DNA of 33,488 nt, from IMG/VR virus record IMGVR_UViG_3300037478_000497, positions 1 through 33,488 of that record; one strand, written 5' to 3'. The notes beneath the pieces were generated by a model that saw only the letters and a program-made list of their open reading frames with translations, made no database searches and was not told the origin of the DNA. A program made the translations under genes and the position numbers. Positions within the stretch are counted from its first letter, which is position 1, and each line of letters starts with the position of its first letter. Origin of the DNA: a virus. Lineage: Duplodnaviria; Caudoviricetes. Positions 25,692-32,039 of this stretch are shown here, piece by piece.

Positions 25692-26741
25692 ATGAAGCAC
25701 TTCAGCTCCAAATCGATCCCGGCGCGCCTTGAGCCCTTGCTACAGGCCATTGTCGGCGGGCGAGTGTCCGGGTCCGCGATGCGCCGCGCAGCCGAGGCGC
25801 TTACGTACATCGCTTCGCGCCAGAAAAAAGTGGTGTTGCGCCGAGCACAGGACTTGGCCAACCACATATCCACCAGCACGTCAGCTGGAGATATCTGGCC
25901 CTGTTATTTTCGAACTGGCGAAAACACGACAGCAGTTGAGGTTTTTGCCGGGCTAACCAGAGCGGAGCCGGTAGTAGCCAGCCCCCCTACGCTGACCGTT
26001 GCAGTCAAAACGCCAGACGGGACCAGCACACTTTCCTCAGGCGTTCTGACCCACGATGGCGGGTCGGGAAGTCTGCCGGTGACCCCCGAACGCATCTCGC
26101 ACGGCAGATTGTTGCTCGATGGCTTGTCGCCGGATACCGAATACCGGATCGACAGCACGCCAGCTTCTCGCACTGCGGTGTCGTACATGACCATCCGCGA
26201 GGCGCCCGACCTGGAGCCCGACGATGACGTGCTCGGGGTGGTGTCGCCCAACAAGTACCCGGTCGGCGGACCGATCTACGATGAGCACATCCAGGATCTC
26301 ATCGCGGCGGCGAACGCGCTCTGGATGCACAACGCGGCGCACTTGCTGGCCTGGGGAGGGAAATACGAGGCGCATCCGACGGCAGTGGGCGTCCCGCTAC
26401 TCGACGCCGCGAGCGCGGACACGTACGAAGACGTGGATGGCGTCGAGTTCTTCCTGCCGACCGCGCTGCGCACGACGAAGAAGTTGGCGGACCTCCAGGT
26501 CCGGTTCGGCGTCCTCGGCGAGCGCACGGCGGGGTCCGGGACGACGGACATCCGGCTGGTCAACTCCGGGCTCACAGATAGCCTGGACCTATCGTTTGGC
26601 GCCGGCAGCCGCACCGTGTGGACGGTGGACAGCCAGTCGATGCCGGTCCCCGACGACAACTGGAAGCTCCAGTTCCAGCAGTCGAACACGAGCACCACGT
26701 TCGCGCTCTATGGCGTGACGTTGTTTCCGCATCGGACGTGA
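25692..26741 (+). CDS. Minor tail / putative receptor-binding protein
   Basis: Last large gene of the tail operon with two beta-rich domains; ATG 25692 after GAGG. Confidence 0.6.
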   Translation: MKHFSSKSIPARLEPLLQAIVGGRVSGSAMRRAAEALTYIASRQKKVVLRRAQDLANHISTSTSAGDIWPCYFRTGENTTAVEVFAGLTRAEPVVASPPTLTVAVKTPDGTSTLSSGVLTHDGGSGSLPVTPERISHGRLLLDGLSPDTEYRIDSTPASRTAVSYMTIREAPDLEPDDDVLGVVSPNKYPVGGPIYDEHIQDLIAAANALWMHNAAHLLAWGGKYEAHPTAVGVPLLDAASADTYEDVDGVEFFLPTALRTTKKLADLQVRFGVLGERTAGSGTTDIRLVNSGLTDSLDLSFGAGSRTVWTVDSQSMPVPDDNWKLQFQQSNTSTTFALYGVTLFPHRT

Positions 26742-26830
26742 CCAGCAGCTTCCTCGCCTATCTTTGCCGGCATCACCCCAACTGTCAAAAATCGCATACC
26801 TCCCAGAGTATCAACACCCAGCGTAGCCGG

Positions 26831-27163
26831 ATGACCGCTTCTCGCGACACTACCCCGCCTCGCCCCCTGGCCTGGTGGCAGCACCTGAGCGTGACCTGGA
26901 AGGCTATCTCGGTCATCGTCGCGGTAGCCGTGGCCGCCAGCAGCGCGGCTCTCTACGCCCAGCGCTACGTGACCACCGACGATCTGGCGCCGTACCGGGC
27001 GGCGGACCGCGCGCTACAGGATCAGGTACTGCGGCTAGAGCGGGACGGTGCGGCAACTGCGGCGAGCATCGAGGCGATCCGACGGGCCTCTGAGGACACG
27101 CGGGACGACGTTAGATCGCTGCTCAGGCACCTGCTCGAGAATCCACCGGGGAGGAAGCCATGA
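26831..27163 (+). CDS. Membrane-anchored coiled-coil protein (i-spanin-like, copy 1)
   Basis: One N-terminal TM (AISVIVAVAVAASSAALYA) and a coiled coil; ATGA overlap with a lipoprotein gene. Start re-called to ATG 26831. Confidence 0.5.
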   Translation: MTASRDTTPPRPLAWWQHLSVTWKAISVIVAVAVAASSAALYAQRYVTTDDLAPYRAADRALQDQVLRLERDGAATAASIEAIRRASEDTRDDVRSLLRHLLENPPGRKP

Positions 27164-27579
27164 GGGAAGAGATGGTGTACCCACTGTCGTTCGTGGCCGC
27201 TGTAGCGGCGGCCGCGATCTCCTCATGTCACCCGCCCGCAGCGTCGTCCCCGGCCCCGTCGCCCGAGTGCGACTGCCCGCCGTCCGTGGGAGCGGAGATG
27301 CGCGAGGCCATGATCGAGCGCGACGAATGCCAGTCCGAACTCCGCACGGTGCTGGAGGAGCGCGCGGAGACCCGGGTCAGGACGCGGGTGGTGGAGCGCC
27401 AGGCACCGGCTAGGCGTTGCGCCGGCGAGGGTCCGGTGCTAGAGCCGGTCGCGACGGTGTCGTGTGCCGCGGGCATGTCGTGCCTTGACGAACGCAACGA
27501 GGCGCGGCTCGCGACCAACCTGCTCGCGTGGCAAAGCTGGCTCAGGCGCGTTCAGGCGTGCGAGCGAGGTGAGCCATGA
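27160..27579 (+). CDS. Lipoprotein (o-spanin-like, copy 1)
   Basis: Lipobox AISS|C, Pro-rich linker, coiled coil, C-terminal C..C-x8-L-x3-L-x3-QxW..C. Confidence 0.55.
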   Translation: MREEMVYPLSFVAAVAAAAISSCHPPAASSPAPSPECDCPPSVGAEMREAMIERDECQSELRTVLEERAETRVRTRVVERQAPARRCAGEGPVLEPVATVSCAAGMSCLDERNEARLATNLLAWQSWLRRVQACERGEP

Positions 27580-27770
27580 CTGGCGACCGGCAGACGAACA
27601 AAATGCCAGCTCTCGACCGGTCGATCTCGGTGACTTTGCAGGTTGATGAGGGCGCACAGCTGGTGATGCTGCTGGAGTTCTTGAGTGCGGCTATCAGTAC
27701 CGGGCGCCCAGTGACTGTCACTGTGACGCATGGGCGTGCATCCGAGGACGCAAATAAGGAGTATACTTGA
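27576..27770 (+). CDS. Hypothetical protein
   Basis: ATGA overlap, GAGGTG RBS, 64 aa. Confidence 0.45.
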   Translation: MTGDRQTNKMPALDRSISVTLQVDEGAQLVMLLEFLSAAISTGRPVTVTVTHGRASEDANKEYT

Positions 27771-27842
27771 AGATATCGATGCTGCGGCGGCAAAGGCCGA
27801 GAGAGAGGCGGGGAGGCGGAAAACGACAGAAGGAGCGACGAC

Positions 27843-27950
27843 GTGAATATGTACATCAACCTCGCCCTGATATGGCTCGCAGACGCGAGCTGTGTCGTCT
27901 GCGCTTACTTGCTGCCTTGCGCGCTCGACTGCGCTAGAGGTGCACGATGA
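27843..27950 (+). CDS. Small hydrophobic Cys-rich peptide (35 aa), not in the ORF track
   Basis: AAGGAG at 27830-27835, GTG 27843, MNMYINLALIWLADASCVVCAYLLPCALDCARGAR; stop overlaps the next ATG (ATGA). Confidence 0.35.
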   Translation: MNMYINLALIWLADASCVVCAYLLPCALDCARGAR

Positions 27951-28273
27951 CGTACGCGGCGATCGGTGGCTGGGCTGCTTTTGGGCTCGCGTCGATTGCG
28001 CTCGCGGTACTCGCCTTGCGTCGCGCAGGGCTGATCGAGGAGCGCGACCAGCAAAAGGCTCGCGCAGTCGCAGCTGCCAATCACGCAGAGGCGCTTGCCG
28101 CGCAGCTTCATGCACTGACCTCAGAGATAACCGAGGTCAGGCTGCGCTCCAGTGCAGAACTTCGTAGCCTCCGCGCGGAGCTTAGTTTCTGCGTCGCACG
28201 CTTCGATAACCTGTCCGATACCGATCTCCTGTCGGAACTGATACGGCTCACTACGCCCAACGGTAAGCCATGA
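27947..28273 (+). CDS. i-spanin (Rz-like, copy 2)
   Basis: GAGGTG RBS; N-terminal TM, Ala-rich coiled coil; ATGA overlap with a lipoprotein. Confidence 0.65.
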   Translation: MTYAAIGGWAAFGLASIALAVLALRRAGLIEERDQQKARAVAAANHAEALAAQLHALTSEITEVRLRSSAELRSLRAELSFCVARFDNLSDTDLLSELIRLTTPNGKP

Positions 28274-28638
28274 CCAGCCGAGAGCAGACCGCCAGACGAC
28301 TGGCCAGACTAGCGTACTGGGCCGCGATGGTGTGGCTCGCCGCCGTGGTCGCGACGTTGCTGCTCGGCTGCCGACGCAACAAACAGGAGCCTACCCTGCC
28401 GCCGACTGCAATCGTCGATCGGAGGCAATGCATCGGAGATATCGGCGAGCCACCGGAGCCAGGTGGCATCGACGTCATGGGCGTCGCCGATGGCTGTCCG
28501 GCGCCGTACCTGGTTTGCATGACGCGCGAGTCTGCTATTGAGCTAGTACGTTATTTGACTGAATTGCAGCGCTGGTCCTCGGCGGCATATATCCGCTGCG
28601 GACCGCTACCCGAAAACCCGGACGGAGAAGAGCCATGA
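28270..28638 (+). CDS. o-spanin (Rz1-like lipoprotein, copy 2)
   Basis: Lipobox LLLG|C, Pro-rich, same C-x8-L-x3-L-x3-QxW motif as copy 1. Confidence 0.65.
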   Translation: MTSREQTARRLARLAYWAAMVWLAAVVATLLLGCRRNKQEPTLPPTAIVDRRQCIGDIGEPPEPGGIDVMGVADGCPAPYLVCMTRESAIELVRYLTELQRWSSAAYIRCGPLPENPDGEEP

Positions 28639-29120
28639 AGACCCTGCACGCCGTGATGATCGTTTTGCTCTTCGCCATGGCCACTGCTCTGTTGATGAGA
28701 GTCGCGATCGCCGATCCAGGCGACCCGGTCCCGACCTGGATCGCGGACGCGGCTCCGGTCGAGGGCGCGGCCGCCGAGGTCACGGTACCGGATCCAGGTG
28801 AGGACGCTGCTGGATTTGCCGAGGCCACCTACGCAGCGGTCAAGGCCGGCCAGTGGCTGGTCGCGGCTGGCCTCGTACTGATCGGTCTCGTCTACCTGGC
28901 GCGCCGATTCGGCAGCAAGGTCTGGCCGTGGATCGCAACTGACCGAGGTGGCGTCGTCGCTACGCTCGTCCTGAGTCTCCTGGGGGCGCTGGCACACTCG
29001 CTGGCGGTAGGTGAGCCGATGTCCCTGGCGACGCTGATGGCGGCGCTGGGAGTCGCATGGGCGGCATCGGGCGGGTGGTCGCAGCTGCGGCGGCTGGTCG
29101 CGCCACCGGACAAGGGGTAA
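28635..29120 (+). CDS. Putative holin / multi-pass membrane protein
   Basis: N-terminal signal-like segment, acidic linker, three more hydrophobic segments, basic C-terminus; inside the lysis cluster. Confidence 0.55.
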   Translation: MKTLHAVMIVLLFAMATALLMRVAIADPGDPVPTWIADAAPVEGAAAEVTVPDPGEDAAGFAEATYAAVKAGQWLVAAGLVLIGLVYLARRFGSKVWPWIATDRGGVVATLVLSLLGALAHSLAVGEPMSLATLMAALGVAWAASGGWSQLRRLVAPPDKG

Positions 29121-29122
29121 GC

Positions 29123-29371
29123 GTGCGCGCCATCCTCATAGCTCTCGGGATCGCAGGCTGTGCCCGCCCCATGGTGGCTGTGCAGCCGGTACGTGTAGAG
29201 GCCACGCTCTACTGCGCCAGCGCGCGGACCCTCGGCGGCGACGCGCTGCTCTGCACAGCCTGGGACCGGCTCTGTGCCTGGGCCCAGGAGCGAGCGAGCG
29301 ACTCGTCCAAGGTCCTCGCTGTCACATCGTGCGATCAAGCGCGCGTCACCGTCACCACCACCAGGGAGTAG
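29123..29371 (+). CDS. Small Cys-rich lipoprotein
   Basis: GTG 29123 after AAGGGG; MRAILIALGIAG|C lipobox; 4 more Cys. Confidence 0.65.
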   Translation: MRAILIALGIAGCARPMVAVQPVRVEATLYCASARTLGGDALLCTAWDRLCAWAQERASDSSKVLAVTSCDQARVTVTTTRE

Positions 29372-29378
29372 ACGTCCA

Positions 29379-29666
29379 ATGGCAAGCCACCACAGCGGCA
29401 ACGGATCTGTCCTGCGTATCAGCGCGGACGAAGAAGAGACCGATCCGGGCATTCGCGATCGGGTCACGATGCGCGTGGTGATGTCAGGGCTCACGCGTAT
29501 GACCGGCGCGGTGGACGCCTTAACCGAGGGGGTGGCCGAGATGCGCGAGTCGTCCAGGGTACTGGCGACGTCGGTGACCGGACTGCGTCGGCTCATCGTC
29601 TGGTCCGCTACCGGATTCGGCGCAGCAGTCCTTCTGGCGGTGGCGCTTTACTGGACTCGCACGTGA
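29379..29666 (+). CDS. Coiled-coil protein with C-terminal TM anchor
   Basis: GGGAG RBS, ATG 29379; heptads followed by LIVWSATGFGAAVLLAVALYW. Confidence 0.6.
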   Translation: MASHHSGNGSVLRISADEEETDPGIRDRVTMRVVMSGLTRMTGAVDALTEGVAEMRESSRVLATSVTGLRRLIVWSATGFGAAVLLAVALYWTRT

Positions 29667-29857
29667 GCGAGTCGTATCGCGTGCCGCTACCGCCCAGAAC
29701 GGTCGAGGTGATCGACGAGGACGAGGCGGCGGCGTGGAGACACATACTGGCGGGACAGATCGTACTCCACCGAGACGGCTGCCCAGCCGAGGGCGGCGGG
29801 GCGTGCGAGTGCGAACTCAGTGTGGAGGACTGGATAGGCGCGGGGGCGGCGGCTTAG
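29663..29857 (+). CDS. Small acidic protein with HxxxC...CxC motif
   Basis: GTGA overlap; HRDGCP..GGGACEC; last gene of the rightward operon. Confidence 0.55.
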   Translation: MSESYRVPLPPRTVEVIDEDEAAAWRHILAGQIVLHRDGCPAEGGGACECELSVEDWIGAGAAA

Positions 29858-30162
29858 GCGAGTCCCGTCTCGCGCTCGAGTCTCTCGAGCTGCGATCGCA
29901 CTGTATCAGCCACCGAGGTCTCGAGCTCGTCGGCCACACGGCGCCAGCGCTCCTGCTCCTCCTCGGTGACGCGGACGTAGATGTACCGCTCTCGAGGCGG
30001 TCCGCCGATTCGCTCCGGCTCCCAGTCTGACCCGTCCGCGGCGGCGTGCCTGCCGCTGTGCCCCTCGGCTAGGTCACAGACGTGGTCGGCGTCGAGCGGA
30101 TCTACCTCGCCGCAGCGGGGTCGGGTGCGGGGTCGCCCGCGGCCGTGTTTGCGGGCGGTCAC
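29854..30162 (-). CDS. Regulator: AT-hook-like + CCHH Zn motif + ribbon-helix-helix
   Basis: GTG 30162 (GTGA overlap, GGGGAG RBS); GRGRPR; C...C.L..GH.G.H; IYVRVTEEEQERWRRVADELETSVADTVR. Confidence 0.7.
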   Translation of the reverse strand: MTARKHGRGRPRTRPRCGEVDPLDADHVCDLAEGHSGRHAAADGSDWEPERIGGPPRERYIYVRVTEEEQERWRRVADELETSVADTVRSQLERLERETGLA

Positions 30163-30392
30163 TGACTCCCCCTTGTGGCCCTCAGCTCCGCTATCCGACG
30201 CTCCTGCCACTCGATCATCTCCCTGGCGTTGTCCGCCGTGATCCTTGGATAACGGGCGGACCGCTCGATGTCGATCTGCGGACGGATCACGTCGTCGTAG
30301 TAACGGCGCTCGGCGACCGACGCCTCCGTGTCGGGCGCACCGTTGGAGATCCAGTCGTAGTGTCTACGGCCGCGCTTGCGGGGGGCGGTCAC
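30159..30392 (-). CDS. Hypothetical protein
   Basis: AGGAGG RBS; GTGA overlaps at both ends. Confidence 0.7.
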   Translation of the reverse strand: MTAPRKRGRRHYDWISNGAPDTEASVAERRYYDDVIRPQIDIERSARYPRITADNAREMIEWQERRIAELRATRGSQ

Positions 30393-30694
30393 GAGTACCT
30401 CCTAGCATTGATCGACACCACTACCGCGAGCCGCCCCTCGCGTGCGACGCGCGCGGTGATATCGACGGACTCTGTGCGGCTACGGATCCGCCACAGCTCC
30501 GGTGGGCGCTCGGTCTCGCGCTGGGTCGCGTCGAGCAGGAGCTCGGTGAGGTCCCGCCGCGCCTCCTCGACCTGCCATCCGCCCCAGTCCGCGTACGTGC
30601 GCGCGGCGGACGCGGTGACGTAGATCTGTCCGGTCTGGTATAGTCTCTCGGCGCCCGGCGGCCCCATGGAAGCGGAGCGTGGGTCGGCTGTCAT
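30389..30694 (-). CDS. Hypothetical protein, possible RelE/BECR-like fold
   Basis: ATG 30694 (ATGA overlap, GGAGG). Strand-helix-helix followed by a three-strand meander ending AVVVSI. The fold call is tentative. Confidence 0.55.
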   Translation of the reverse strand: MTADPRSASMGPPGAERLYQTGQIYVTASAARTYADWGGWQVEEARRDLTELLLDATQRETERPPELWRIRSRTESVDITARVAREGRLAVVVSINARRYS

Positions 30695-30870
30695 CGCGGC
30701 AGGTCCTCCTCTCCGCCGGGCGCGTTGTCCTCCCCGATCGGGGCGAGGCACAGTCCGCGTCCGTCGCGGACGACCCGGAATCGATCGCCGGTGTCGTCGC
30801 AGACGAGTACGTCACCCTCGCGGTATCCGTAGACACCCTCGCTGGCGCGGTAGTGGATCGTGCGGGTCAT
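30691..30870 (-). CDS. Hypothetical protein
   Basis: GGAGGT RBS, TGATG overlap; MTRTIHYRASEG..., 59 aa. Confidence 0.65.
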   Translation of the reverse strand: MTRTIHYRASEGVYGYREGDVLVCDDTGDRFRVVRDGRGLCLAPIGEDNAPGGEEDLPR

Positions 30871-31223
30871 CAGCGCACCTCCAGCGCTCGTAGACGCTCG
30901 AGCCACACGGTGGCCACGTCCTCCTCACCCACTACCGAGTATTCGGCGGCGTACCCCAGGGTGACGATGATTGCGTCCAGTTGCTCGGTGGTCACCCGGC
31001 GCTTGCTCGCCTCGCTCCAGTCCGAGGGCAGCAGGGCGAGGATGTCGGCGACTCCGTAGCCATTGTCGAGGCCGCGCAGAGCGTACGCTACGGCCTCGCG
31101 GCAGTCGGGGTGCACAGCCACCCACCCACCGGCGACCTTGGGCGCCATCATGAGGTGCTCAGCGTCGCGCCGGCTGATGCGGCAAAGGGTCATCGTCGGG
31201 GTCTGTGTCATCAGCGCACCTCC
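30866..31223 (-). repeat. 17-bp direct repeat GGAGGTGCGCTGATGAC at two consecutive gene junctions
   Basis: Identical copies at 30866-30882 and 31207-31223, each made of RBS, stop and start. Confidence 0.9.
30870..31211 (-). CDS. Hypothetical protein
   Basis: Start re-called to ATG 31211 (GGAGGAGGT RBS, TGATG overlap). Confidence 0.7.
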   Translation of the reverse strand: MTQTPTMTLCRISRRDAEHLMMAPKVAGGWVAVHPDCREAVAYALRGLDNGYGVADILALLPSDWSEASKRRVTTEQLDAIIVTLGYAAEYSVVGEEDVATVWLERLRALEVR

Positions 31224-31582
31224 TCCACGCGATGCGCCCGGGTCTGGACCCACTCGCAATCTGCGAAATGCTCGCTCGCCAGCTCGCGCCACGTGGCGTC
31301 GTCGTCGAGCGCTGGGACGTCTGCACGGGCGCGCACGGCCGCATCGCAGTAGATACACGATGCCTCAGCGACGTGCGCGTCACCCACCCAGCGGACACCC
31401 CAGCGGCGACCAGCCTCGATCCACTGCTCGGCGGTGGGCTTGTGGCCGATCGCCTCGATGACAGCGTCCATGTCCTCCTCGGTCGGCATCCAAGGGGCCT
31501 CCCACCCATTACGCAGCGCCTCCGCCTCGCACGCCGCGAGCTCCGCCTCGATCCTCTCCACCGCTGTCTGGGTCTGCGTCAT
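31211..31582 (-). CDS. Hypothetical acidic protein with CxxC...HxxxC Zn motif
   Basis: AGGAG RBS; CIYC...HFADCEW. Confidence 0.75.
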   Translation of the reverse strand: MTQTQTAVERIEAELAACEAEALRNGWEAPWMPTEEDMDAVIEAIGHKPTAEQWIEAGRRWGVRWVGDAHVAEASCIYCDAAVRARADVPALDDDATWRELASEHFADCEWVQTRAHRVEEVR

Positions 31583-31594
31583 CGTCTATCTCCT

Positions 31595-31647
31595 GGTCTC
31601 ATCAGGCAGCGCCCTACGCTGCGACGGGGCCGGGCCCCGTTTCGACC
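31595..31647 (-). ncRNA. Hammerhead ribozyme, type II
   Basis: Minus-strand RNA: GGUC-GAAA-CGGGGC(CCG)GCCCCG-UC^-GCAGCG(UAGGG)CGCUGC-CUGAUGA-GACC. All core nucleotides are present; stems I and III are 6 bp and stem II is 4 bp, all Watson-Crick. Entirely intergenic. Confidence 0.93.
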
Positions 31648-31653
31648 TGCGTC

Positions 31654-31887
31654 TCAGCTGGCGCAGTCGTAGCAGCGGCAGCTATCGTTGTCGGTGCAGT
31701 AGGAGGAGTAACCGGCCACCGGCGCGGCGTGTCCACGGCCCGATCCCATCCGCCGACGCGCCACCGGGGCCGAGGTGCAGGATACGTGGCGAGCCGGGCT
31801 GCCCTTGCGCCACTCCACCTGGGTGCCGGGGACGATGCGGGCCGAGCAGATGGGGCAGGTCGAGGCGTAGCGTGCGGTGATGGTCAT
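31654..31887 (-). CDS. Small Zn-finger protein
   Basis: GGAGG RBS, ATG 31887; ARY...CPIC...I..G........HVSC plus C-terminal C....CRCYDC. Confidence 0.75.
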   Translation of the reverse strand: MTITARYASTCPICSARIVPGTQVEWRKGSPARHVSCTSAPVARRRMGSGRGHAAPVAGYSSYCTDNDSCRCYDCAS

Positions 31888-31958
31888 GGGACCCTCCAAT
31901 TGAGCCGCCGTGTCTCCGGCGGGGGCTGCGGGCCGCGTCGTGCTGCCCTGATAGATCC

Positions 31959-31987
31959 AAGGTATATCCTTTCTTGGGTGAGTGCAA
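31959..31987 (-). promoter_or_regulatory. Sigma70-type promoter for the small-gene array
   Basis: TTGCAC (31987-31982), 17-nt spacer, TACCTT (31964-31959); AT-rich upstream segment in an otherwise GC-rich window. Confidence 0.65.
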
Positions 31988-32039
31988 GGGCATTATTCGA
32001 AATATCGTCCGACGGAGCGAGAAAAATGTAAGTGTTCGA

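Noticed and set aside
25342-25694. Degenerate similarity flanking the antisense lipoprotein (tcgcgtgaggcagaacg vs tcgcgccgaggccaacg) as insertion-site repeats
   Set aside because: Requires several gaps and mismatches in GC-rich sequence; not distinguishable from chance by eye.
26742-26830. Intergenic gap before the lysis cluster as a promoter, terminator or structured RNA
   Set aside because: No convincing -35/-10 pair, hairpin with U-tract or ribozyme core found.
30866-31223. CTGATGA within both 17-bp junction repeats as additional hammerhead cores
   Set aside because: No GAAA core or stems nearby; the motif arises from the TGATG stop/start overlap.
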